Assembly (NCBI RefSeq): GCF_001194135.2
Contig: NC_068987.1
Location: 30,343,214-30,382,438, forward strand
Source: Octopus bimaculoides
Lineage: Eukaryota
Length of the DNA stretch: 39,225 bases
Direction of reading: 5' to 3'
Under the pieces are notes generated by a model that did no database searches, was not told the origin of the DNA, and saw only the letters and a program-made list of their open reading frames with translations. This document shows, piece after piece, positions 11,216 through 20,789 of this stretch. The translations under genes were made by a program, and so were the position numbers. Every line of letters starts with the position of its first letter. Position 1 is the stretch's first letter.

Positions 11216-11766
11216 AGTATTAAATGCAGTCTGTTTTTTAAGAAAATATATAGTATGTAAACATATGAACTCATGATTATGGACGTATTTCATCACTAGC
11301 ATAATTTTGTGCACACAAACTATTAGATATTATAGAGGAACAACTGCATAGAATTAATATTGAATATTTTGAAAGAAATAATTTGTTTCAGTTCTTTTAC
11401 AAACTAGAATAATTACCAATGTTTGGGAGAATGCAGTGATATAAAATTTTTACTTGTCTCTCACTTTGAAAAAGACTATTAGTAAAGTGGTAAAGCTGTC
11501 ATATTTGATGTAGTGAATCGACAAATTTTAATTAAATATGGAATACTGTAGGAAATGACTACTAACAGGACTATTTTGTCATTACAATTAGTTCCATCAC
11601 CTAGCTAAAGCAAAGTTTGGTCAAAAAGCTTTTTATAGATTTATTATTCATTTCATTCCTGTTGGCATGTGCTTAATCTGATTTTTCTATCTTGTGACCA
11701 TTTTATTTTTTTAATGCTTAAGCCATGTGTTTTCAGTAATAGCTATATTTATTTCCACATGTCTAG

Positions 11767-11953
11767 ATCGTACTGCCAAAGTCTGGGATCTCAACACTGG
11801 CCATGAGCTACAAGTCTTTCCTGACCATCCTAACAATGTAGTGGCACTAAAGTACAATGAACCATCCCATAGGCTCTACACAGTCTCACTTTCAGAAGTG
11901 AAAGTCTGGGATATTCGAGATGTCGCAACACCTAACTGTGTTATTGCTTTCAA
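11767..11953 (+). CDS. KIF21: KIF21-like WD40 exon
   Basis: Reads (D)RTAKVWDLNTGHELQVFPDHPNNVVALKYNEPSHRLYTVSLSEVKVWDIRD...IAF(N). TAG acceptor, GTAAGT donor, phase 1 to 2. Confidence 0.95.
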
Positions 11954-12087
11954 GTAAGTTGAGTGTTATTTGTTTTCTTTTCTTTAATTCCTTGTGATTT
12001 AATATGTGTAACCAAATCTGTATCAGTTTGCTGTATTTATGCTTGGGCAGTGCCATAAAACTTGTACTTCATCTGAAATTTTGTGTG

Positions 12088-12165
12088 TAAAACCATTGTA
12101 TAGGTGTAGCAAAGAGTAGTGTTTCTTTGTCTTATTATTTAGATTACACCTATACAATGGTTTTA
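12088..12165. repeat. perfect 21-bp inverted repeat, 36-nt spacer
   Basis: TAAAACCATTGTATAGGTGTA (12088-12108) and TACACCTATACAATGGTTTTA (12145-12165). Confidence 0.9.
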
Positions 12166-12645
12166 CCATCATGAAACCAGGATTTTATACACTTGAAGAC
12201 TTTTGCTATTAGTCTGGAAACTAACAGTGTTGATAATTGAGAACTTGGATTGAGTACTTCTTTGGAAATATTCTACCTTTATACCCTACCAGGACCTTAT
12301 GTGTATATATATTAATGAATATGAATTGAGGATTAAATTTATTTCTATTTATTTTATGGCTTGGTTTGCAGAAGAAGGGCAGCAGCTATAATATTTTGTG
12401 GGAGTGGAGGGCTCCTATGACTGGAGGATGAGGGAGAAAAAATATCTTATAATTACAGGCAATTTCTATAGTTATTCGGTAAAATAAAAGCAGTTAGAAA
12501 TATTGCTTCTATATGTTAGAGGATTATTTTAAATGTATGTTCATTTTGTAAACACCAAATTTACAATTACTTTAAGTTAATTTTATCAAAGGCGTTATTA
12601 GCAATCTAAGTTTCTGTTTTAAATGCTTGCATTTCTCATTTTCAG

Positions 12646-12801
12646 TTCTTCAGGTCTTGCGTCTGCACCAATATCATATCAAACACGCCAGAGTGAAGTC
12701 AGCCGTCATGAAAATTTAATAAATGCCATTTCACTGAGTGATGATGGCCAGACACTGTTCACAGCTGTTGGAAACCTAGTGCGCATGTGGGATCTTCGAA
12801 A
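12646..12801 (+). CDS. KIF21: KIF21-like WD40 exon
   Basis: Reads SSGLASAPISYQTRQSEVSRHENLINAISLSDDGQTLFTAVGNLVRMWDLR. CAG acceptor, GTAAGT donor, phase 2-2. Confidence 0.93.
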
Positions 12802-12944
12802 GTAAGTTGGTTAATGTCTTACCTTACATATATACCTAATTAATGCTCTTCATACAATTGGAAAGTCTATTATAGCTTATTGTGTTAACATGAATCATGA
12901 TTATTTAAAATGTTTGCTTAAAATAACTAACAATCTTGTGCATA

Positions 12945-13765
12945 TGTCAAGATTGCTAAGTCAGAGATGGAATGTCAACTTTTGTTTGGCTTAGAAGCAA
13001 AGCATAAAATCAAGAGGTCTTTAGTAAGGACACTACTGCCATCTGGAAAGTGGCCATACTTGATATGCGGAAAAGAAGCTAGGAATGCCATATAGTTTAT
13101 CCAGTGCAAACTGGGTCCACGAGTGGATTATAGGCAAACTGACAAAAGAGGGATTTTGTAGTTAGCCGTAAGATCACCCCTAAAATAAATTCATTCAAAT
13201 ACTCAGTGTTCCCTAAAAGTAGTTGGTAGCTTTTGTTTCCTAAGTGTGTTCTGAAAAGGTAAGTAGCCAGAGTAAGATCAGAATGAAAAAGTTGAGGGAG
13301 CTATTTCATCTGCCAGCACTGAAAGAGATTCTCTCTTTGAGTAAAGGGTAAATTTTATGATGCCTCTGTATAAAGTGTGATGTTGCATGGTAGCAAAACA
13401 TGGGCATTGAGGATGTGAGAAGGGTGGGAGAAATTCAGATGATCATGTATGTGTAATGTTAATACATGTGGTCGATAGAAATAAAAACTGGGTATAAGAG
13501 GAATCAAATGTAGTATGCAAACGAAAAGACTGAGCAAGTATTGGCATGTGATGCACATAGAGGATAATGGTTAAATACAGAAGTGCCAAGAGATATTGGT
13601 GCAAGGAGCCTGTTTTTGAGACAAAAATACGAAATGATGAAAGCAGATCTCACAGGACTGATCGTGCTGAAGGAGATGACAAAGTAGAGTGATAGATGGT
13701 GAGATACTCTTTTGGCACTCACTCAGCCAATCCATGCAAACTTGGAAAAAGAGACATAGAATGAA
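12945..13765 (+). mobile_element. 5'-truncated RTE-clade LINE, 3' end
   Basis: Remnants GLEAK, PSGKWP (Cys-rich insert), MLHGSKTWA and KRLSKYWHVMH. Ends in CCATGCAAACTTGGAAAAAGAGAC, a variant of the RTE tail. Confidence 0.78.
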
Positions 13766-13893
13766 GCTAATAGTACTGGATTTTTGTTGTACTAAATGTA
13801 TATCTCATGTGAGATATTTTGTTTTTAAGACAGATTTATTTTTAATGTAAGTGTTTCATGTATCTTCATAAAAGGTTGTTTTTCATTTTAAAG

Positions 13894-14008
13894 CTTAAGC
13901 TGCATTAACAAGCTGACTGGTCATCAGGCTCAGGTGATGGTTCTTGCCTCAACAAGTAATGCTGAGAGTCAACTTGTGGTCAGTGGTTCAAAAGACCATT
14001 ACATCAAG
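13894..14008 (+). CDS. KIF21: KIF21-like WD40 exon
   Basis: Reads (N)LSCINKLTGHQAQVMVLASTSNAESQLVVSGSKDHYIK, similar to KIF21A KLTGHLGPVMCL...GSKDHYIK. Donor AAG|GTAAAT. Confidence 0.94.
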
Positions 14009-14291
14009 GTAAATTATTTTGCATCTAATTTTTTCTTGCAGAAAAATTAATGGCTGAAAGCTCAAGAGTGCTACTCTTTTGACCTCATAATTGATGGGGT
14101 GGACTAATATACTTAATAGTCATGATTTTGAATCTTACGGCTGTCATTGTATATAATGTGTTTATCAAGGATCTTCACACTGTTTGATTCAGTTGGTTCT
14201 ACTAAAGCAATATCAGTTATCCCACTTCTATTACAACATTATTTATATTATTTACATTTGACGGATATTTGTCCTCATCTTGTTTGTTGTT

Positions 14292-14334
14292 AACACGTTT
14301 TCGCTGATACACCCTCCAGCCTTCATCAGGTGTC
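14292..14334 (-). ncRNA. degenerate hammerhead copy
   Basis: Minus strand reads GACAC CUGAUGA A GGCUG GAGGGUGUAU CAGC GAAAA CGUGUU; stem II and stem III are altered. Confidence 0.5.
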
Positions 14335-14396
14335 TTGAGGAAATTTCGAACCTGGCTTCTCATTCCTAAGGTATTTTTCAATGTTATTATCATTCA

Positions 14397-14469
14397 GGAC
14401 ACTGCTTGGAATCAAAATCAGAATCTTGGGGTTAGTAGCCTGCACTCTTAACCACTACGCCATATGCCC
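14397..14469 (-). promoter_or_regulatory. tRNA-like unit with Pol III A/B boxes inside PLE (left arm)
   Basis: Consensus-matching A box TGGCGTAGTGG (minus, 14452-62). Acceptor-like stem GGGCAUA/AGUGUCC pairs at 6 of 7 positions including wobbles. Confidence 0.65.
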
Positions 14470-14872
14470 GTGGGCAATTATGGAGTGAATTTTAGGGCTT
14501 GTAAATGTAATATTTTTCTATCCTTCCTTAATACTGGTTCCCATATACTGTTCATATCTGCACTTGGTCTGCTTAGGAGGTTGTGTCCTAACATATGTGC
14601 TGCTTCTTTTAGTTTTCTTATTTTCCAGTGGTATTCTCTGTCTATTATTTTAACTTCATCCCACAGGAGAAGGTGGTCTCCATTTTTCCATACATGATCA
14701 GAGAACACCACTGGAAAATATGAAAACTAAAAGAAACTTCACATTTGCTAGGACACAACAACCTCCTAAGCAGACTGAGTGCAGATATGAGTAGCATATG
14801 GGAACCGGTATTAAGGAAGGATAGAAAAATATTAGATTTATAAGCCCTAAAATTCATTCCATAATTGCCCAC

Positions 14873-14945
14873 GGGCATATGACTTAGTGGTTAAGAGTGC
14901 GGCCTACTAACCCCAAGATTATGAGTTTGATTCCAGGCAGTGACC
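14873..14945 (+). promoter_or_regulatory. tRNA-like unit with Pol III A/B boxes inside PLE (right arm)
   Basis: A box TGACTTAGTGG (14880-90), loop CTACTAA, variable region AGATT, B box GTTTGATTCC (14925-34). The cloverleaf is imperfect, so not a functional tRNA gene. Confidence 0.65.
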
Positions 14946-15013
14946 TGAATAATAATAATAATAATATCAAAAAATACCTTAGGAATGAGAAGCCAGGTTC
15001 GAAATTTCCCCAA

Positions 15014-15056
15014 GACACCTGATGAAGGCTGGAGGGTGTATCAGCTGAAATGTGTT
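15014..15056 (+). ncRNA. degenerate hammerhead copy
   Basis: Reads GACAC CUGAUGA A GGCUG...CAGCU GAAA UGUGUU; stem III is lost, so probably inactive. Confidence 0.5.
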
Positions 15057-15392
15057 AACAACAAACAAGATGAGGACAAATATCCATCACATTATTTATA
15101 TTTGATGTACATAATTCCTCATCTCTTAAATATAGAATTGTCCTATTACAACAACTTCAAATATATTCATCCTACTACACTTACAGACATGTCTGAAACT
15201 GAGAACGTTAATTAAAAATTTCTTGGGAATTTCTTGAACTTACACATTTAGTGCTTCATTTTCTAGATACATTTATCTCATTCTTTCTCCCCTGTCCTTT
15301 AAAAAATTGTTCATTGAAATATTAATGAAAGATATTTATTTTTTTAAAACATTGTAATATTTTTAATTATCTTTTTTTTTTTATAATTACAG

Positions 15393-15563
15393 ATATTTGA
15401 AGTGAACTCCATGACTTCAAATGTTGCCAGTCCAACATACAATCTTGAACCACCACATTTTGATGGTGTCCAGTCCTTAGTGATACAAGATCAAATACTG
15501 TTTAGTGGGTCAAGAGACCGTTGTATTAAGAAATGGAACCTTAAAGACAAAAAGACCATCCAG
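15393..15563 (+). CDS. KIF21: KIF21-like WD40 exon
   Basis: Reads IFEVNSMTSNVASPTYNLEPPHFDGVQSLVIQDQILFSGSRDRCIKKWNLKDKKTIQ, similar to KIF21A SPTHNFEPPHYDGIE...FSGSRDNGIKKW. Phase 0-0. Confidence 0.95.
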
Positions 15564-15658
15564 GTTATTATATAATATATATATGTATCTGTGTAATGTC
15601 TTCTGTTTTGATCAAAATTTTTAGTGGATTTGGCAGAAATGTTACAGTACTGCAGTGT

Positions 15659-15871
15659 GGGTGGCACATAAAATACACCAGTTTGAGCGTGGCCGTTGCC
15701 AGTACCGCCTGACTGGCCTTCATAGGATCTTCGAGCGAGATCGTTGCCAGTGCCCCTGGACTAGCTCTTGTGCGGGTGGCACATAAAATGCACCATTTTG
15801 TGCATGGCCGTTGCCAGTACCGCCTGACTGGCCTTCGTGCCAGTGGCATGTAAAAGCACCCACTACACTCT
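15659..15871 (+). repeat. GC-rich 115-bp tandem unit (about 1.9 copies) with repeated hairpin
   Basis: GGGTGGCACATAAAAT...GCCAGTACCGCCTGACTGGCCTTC at 15659 and 15774 (period 115). Confidence 0.85.
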
Positions 15872-16625
15872 GTGTTGTGAAGAAGGGAGACTTCCATGCG
15901 AGGACAAGTGTTAGCCTTCCATCCACAAGAAAAGCATCTTGCCCAGGACTGTGCATACTGATGAAGATAAATGGTCAACTCTGTCCAATGGAGGCCCCTA
16001 GATATTTTGTCTGTGAGTTTTGAGAACATCCAGAGTCAACCATTTATCTGAATGCAAAGGGTGGCACAGGTTCTGCAAGATATTTCATCCAGTGCTCTGA
16101 CAATTATGCCAATTTGCTGCCTTGTTGGACAAAATATCTTCATTGAAATCAAGGAGGCAGGATATCTGTGTACCCTACTCCATACCAACAACAAAAGGTA
16201 ACAGTAAAATAAGCAAATGTAGATTATAGGTAGAGATCTGAAACAAGGCACCTAACTTTGTTTCAGTTTATTTTTGATAAAACAAAACTTAATTCCACTC
16301 CTGCTTTCTGTTTGAGTAGTTTGTGGTTGAATATTTCAATGAATATATCATTCCACTATTTTAGGCATGGTGGAATAATTATAAATCTATATATAAATAT
16401 CTATTTCAGAATCAATTAAATTTTTTATTTAAACTCTTTCAATATATGTGGTTTGAAATAAGATATGTTTAGCAGACTGAATTATTGTATTAATAAAGTT
16501 GGTGATCCTGTGTCTTTTGTCATTTTTGTAATCAAAAATGCAACAAACCAGTGATTGTCAGGGAAAAATAATTTAGAAAGAAGAAACAGTGATTTGAAAT
16601 ATTTAATATTTTATTTTTCTTTCAG

Positions 16626-16828
16626 TCCCTCTATTGTGCTCATAAAGACTGGATCAATGGCTTAGCAATTATGCCTGAGCATCAGATCTTGCTTAGTGGT
16701 TGTCGAAGTGGTTACCTAAAACTATGGCAAACTGAAGGAAATTGCTCTGCAATTGGTGAAATCAAAGCCCATAACTTTCCAATTACTGCCCTTACCACAA
16801 ATAAATCAGCAATATTCACAGCTTCAAA
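16626..16828 (+). CDS. KIF21: KIF21-like WD40 exon
   Basis: Reads SLYCAHKDWINGLAIMPEHQILLSGCRSGYLKLWQTEGNCSAIGEIKAHNFPITALTTNKSAIFTAS(N), similar to KIF21A AHKDWVCAL...LSGCRGG. GTAAGT donor. Confidence 0.95.
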
Positions 16829-16892
16829 GTAAGTATCTTCTGGCACAAGAAGACATAATTGTAAATAATCAGCCTTTAAATTTCAGAGGTGT

Positions 16893-17120
16893 TTAACCCT
16901 TTAGCATTTAAACCGGTTATATCCAGCCCAAATATTTTACCTGTTTTCCTGTCAAACTGGCCAGATTTGGCTTCTCACGCTTACTCGACAATGTCATACT
17001 AAAAATATATGATCACATCATCAAAATATCGAAGCCATGAGATAATGTATGATTAATTCAAAATAATGTAATTAAATAAGCATTACATTTGGCAGAATAA
17101 TTTGAACACTAAAGGGTTAA
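16893..17120. mobile_element. piggyBac-type MITE (~220 bp)
   Basis: TTAA on both sides (16893-96, 17117-20). TIR CCCTTTAG is perfect for 8 bp and imperfect to 16 bp. No coding capacity. Confidence 0.85.
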
Positions 17121-17249
17121 ATTTTTCAGCAGAAAGAATTATTATTCTCAAACAAATTTTGATATTTGAAAAAAAAAATGTTTTTCAATGTTTTTTCTAG
17201 GTTCATTCAGTTTTCCAAATTATGATATAAGCTAATGCTTACAATGAAA

Positions 17250-17800
17250 ACAAATTTACAGGTTGGATGGAGTTGGCACACTTAAAATGTTACTTAACAA
17301 AGCAACAAAAATGAGAATTGTCTAGGGGCAACTCTTTACATTGCATTTAACCAGCATTTTTACAAAAATCATGTTTACGAACACCATATCTGACTCACAA
17401 CAACCATTATCTCAAAAATGAAACTCAAATTCTATGTCTTCCAATGAAACTTTGATAATCCATTATTTAAGTATCAAGTCCTACTTCATGTCATTATTCC
17501 CTTTTTTAGTTCTTAAGATTTCCAGATTTCCTCTTTGAGTATCTACCCCAACTAACAATAAAAATCTTTTCTATGTTTGAACTTGAGATTGTTAAATGTC
17601 TTTTACCTACAACAAAATTAAGGACATATCTTCAGTGAGGCCAGCAATCCTTTGAAAGACCTTCACAGCTTATATTCTGTAGTTCTCTCGGACTGACAAA
17701 CCCTTCTGAAAATCATTCTGCTGTTGGAGTTGGAGTCAGTTGTTACATGTAGTTTATCTTCTAACTTTTGCTTTGTTCTTGATTACTTAAGGCATCTCTA
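17250..17800 (-). mobile_element. possible decayed Gypsy integrase fragment
   Basis: Weak motif echoes on the minus strand (FLLLVGVD, LNNG...EFEF..DNG). Confidence 0.2.
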
Positions 17801-17925
17801 AGCTTAACTCAATCTAGCATTGGACATTACTTGTGGTGAAGGTGTTTCTATTCAAAACAGTGCAATTTTCTCCTAGCTCTTTCACATTCTTTCTCCCTCT
17901 TTTTCTCTTTAAAAAAAAATATATA

Positions 17926-18110
17926 AACGTGTATGTAGGTGTATGAATACATATTTGCATGTACATATGTGTATACATATGTATGCACACACAGTTCCAT
18001 GACTCATGTACATATGATGATTATATATATTTAAAAAAATATATATATATTTTTTATATATATATACACATACATATATATAAACATACACACATGTATG
18101 TATATGTGTG
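17926..18110. repeat. compound (TA)/(CA)/(TG) microsatellite
   Basis: Direct reading. Confidence 0.9.
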
Positions 18111-18919
18111 TAAGGTGCATTCAAAAACTATCCAACTTTATTTTTTCCTGCCAAAACTAAGTCTGCATGGGCAAAATCCTTTGGGTGTAAAGTGACACCA
18201 CCCATCCTGCACATGCAGGAAAATCTTTGCTCTGGTAGGCTATGTTGTTTACCAGCTGTTATGCCTAGAGTACAGACATGTGCACTGGTCAGATTTTTGT
18301 TTTCACAAAATGCATTGAGCAGAGATATTGCATCAAATTTTGCCAATTGCTTGGGATACTCAAACCATCCAGAAGATTCAGCAAGCCTTTGGTGATGATG
18401 CCATTTGCAAAACTCAGATCAAGGAGTGATACAACTGCTTCAAATCTGACTGCACCTCAGTGGAGAGTGCAGCATGCTCAGGCAGGCCATTCATAAGCCA
18501 AAACAAGGAGCTGGTTAAGGTTTGGCAAATAGTCATGAAAAACCATCATGTAACAATTCAGAAAATTGTTCATGAAGTGAGAATAAGCACAGGATCAGTG
18601 CATGCAGAAAGTGTCAGTGAAATTGGTCTCCAAGGTGCAAGCCATGCCCCTGACTACATGAAGACCATCATTGGTGATGATACATGGGCTTATGTTCTCT
18701 GTTCAACGTGTTTGCCCATCTTGCATGAAAAGGAAAAAGCAACAAGCACACACTACCGTGTTCTAGGCATAGCAGCAGGGAACTGATGTGGCCTACTGGC
18801 ACAAAAACTTTTGTATGTGCACAGGAACAATGGTGTTACCTCCCACTCAAAAGCATCTTCCCAACACACCATTAGTTTCGGCAGGAAAAATTAGTCAGAT
18901 ACTTTTTGAATGCATCTTA
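18111..18919 (+). mobile_element. internally deleted mariner relic with ~48-bp TIRs
   Basis: TIRs TAAGGTGCATTCAAAAACTATCC...CCTGCCAAAACTAA (18111-18160) and inverted copy at 18872-18919. Remnants EQRYCIKFC, SGRP and IIGDDTWAY. Confidence 0.88.
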
Positions 18920-19090
18920 TATGTATATGAGTATGTATCTGTGTGTGTGTGTATCTATATGTGTATGTATATATATACATCTACCTGTGTGTGTGTATAT
19001 GTATATATATATGTGTGTATGTATGTACCACTATATGTCCATGCATGTGTGAGTGTGTGTATATCTGTATATAACGTGTGTGTGTGTATC
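18920..19090. repeat. compound (TG)/(TA) microsatellite
   Basis: Direct reading. Confidence 0.9.
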
Positions 19091-19310
19091 TGTGGGTTTT
19101 TTTTCAGTGTTTACAAATAACACAGAAAAAAATAAATAAACAGTTACCAGTGTAGCAAAAATTCACACAAGTACCAAGGATGTAACAACCTATTTAAAAA
19201 GTTATAAACTCTGAGTTAAGGTGAAATGTTTTGGATAATATATATAAATAAATGGAATTAAACGCAGGTGTTATTCAAATTCTTTTACTTCCGACATATG
19301 TTTCGAAGAC

Positions 19311-19500
19311 NNNNNNNNNNNNNNNNNNNNNNNNNNNNNNNNNNNNNNNNNNNNNNNNNNNNNNNNNNNNNNNNNNNNNNNNNNNNNNNNNNNNNNNNNN
19401 NNNNNNNNNNNNNNNNNNNNNNNNNNNNNNNNNNNNNNNNNNNNNNNNNNNNNNNNNNNNNNNNNNNNNNNNNNNNNNNNNNNNNNNNNNNNNNNNNNNN
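19311..19500. other. assembly gap (N)
   Basis: Run of N. Confidence 1.
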
Positions 19501-19527
19501 TATATATATATATATATATATATATAT

Positions 19528-19657
19528 GGAAGGGTATCCAGCTGTAGAAACTCTGCCAGATCAGATTGGAACCTGGTGCAGCCATCTGGTTTGCCTGTTC
19601 TCAGTCAAACCGTCCAACCCATGCTAGCATGGAAAGCGGACGTTAGACGATGATGAT
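19528..19657 (+). mobile_element. RTE-type 3' tail of a SINE or LINE
   Basis: GGAAGGGTATCCAGCTGTAGAAA...ACCCATGCTAGCATGGAAAGCGGACGTTAGACGATGATGAT. Confidence 0.78.
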
Positions 19658-19716
19658 ATATATCATGGAAACAACTGCAGAAGAAATGAAATTTTTGGAA
19701 TATCAATGAGAACATT

Positions 19717-19741
19717 TCTCTCTCTCTCTTTCTCTCTCTCT

Positions 19742-19795
<54 letters not shown>

Positions 19796-19798
19796 CTA

Positions 19799-19832
<34 letters not shown>
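19717..19832. repeat. (CT)n polypyrimidine microsatellite
   Basis: About 115 nt containing only C and T apart from one A. Confidence 0.95.
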
Positions 19833-19837
<5 letters not shown>

Positions 19838-20789
19838 TGTAAAATTAAAGAGTACTAATATGGAACCAATAGAAATCTATTTCCAATTAGAAACTCAGTA
19901 GTAAGTTACAAAGAATTTCTCAACTTATATATTATAGGGTTGACATGCTGAGTAATAACAATCATTTTATGACAAAAAAACAGCAACAACAAAAAAATAT
20001 TTTCATCGTATTTTTGTATTGAGTACATTTTCTCTTTGCCAGCTAAAATACAGGCATGTTCTCATAAGCACACATACATACACATTCTCTCTTAACACTT
20101 TGTACTCATCTTGTTTAGTACAAAGCTGTATAAAACTCGTACATGGATTTTTAAGATATAAAAAAAACTATAAATTAGATGACACAAGTGTGTGTGTTGT
20201 AATTGTTTGATCAGCAGTACCTGTTTACAAATTATTGCTTAGAATTTAAGGTAAAAAATATTGTCTATTTTGCTATAAGTACATTGCTCTCAAAACTCAT
20301 TTTAACAAGATATGTGACATAAAATATGATACAGCTGATAGTTATCACTCCATATTAGTACATCATCTTTTAACTCTATTAAACCTGTAAAGCTCTTCTT
20401 TCGCTTCTGACCCAGTTAACAACTAAATGAAAGTCATATTTTTCTTCACAAACTTGAATGTATTCTGCACTACTAACTATGAAGGTTACCAATATTTGAC
20501 AGGAATTGTATTGCTTTGTACCTGGATGTGTGAATGTGTTTCTGTAGCATTTTGACTTTTGTTTTATTTCCAATATAACCCATATCTTAGCCAGTATACA
20601 CCGATTCCTCTAACTTCCCACTGCATTTTATTTTTAACTTAAATTCTGGGATTGTCTCCCCTGCTTTTCTTGATTTTAAAGTGATAACTTCTTTTACATG
20701 TATGTGTAATTTAATTAACATTCTTTGACTCATTACACGAAGTGTGTGGGAATCCACTTTACTATATTACTAAAGTAGAAAGAACAATA

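Larger units (their letters stand above)
14239..15136. mobile_element. Penelope-like element (PLE) 3' end in inverted (foldback) arrangement
   Basis: Left arm about 14239-14634 (minus) and right arm 14706-15136 (plus) are inverted copies. ORF remnant HVWKNGDHLLLWDEVKIIDREYHWKIRKLKEAAHM...NLLSR...WEPVL resembles the PLE GIY-YIG C-terminus. Each arm carries a hammerhead-type motif. Confidence 0.85.

Noticed and set aside
14397-14945. Functional tRNA genes
   Set aside because: D, anticodon and T stems are only partly paired, the ACU anticodon is atypical for eukaryotes, and both units lie inside a retroelement. Kept only as tRNA-like.
15659-15871. CRISPR-like repeat array
   Set aside because: Eukaryotic context, the spacers are not unique, only about two units, and no cas genes.
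19252-19653. ORFs of 104-133 aa
   Set aside because: They span the N gap and a (TA)n tract.
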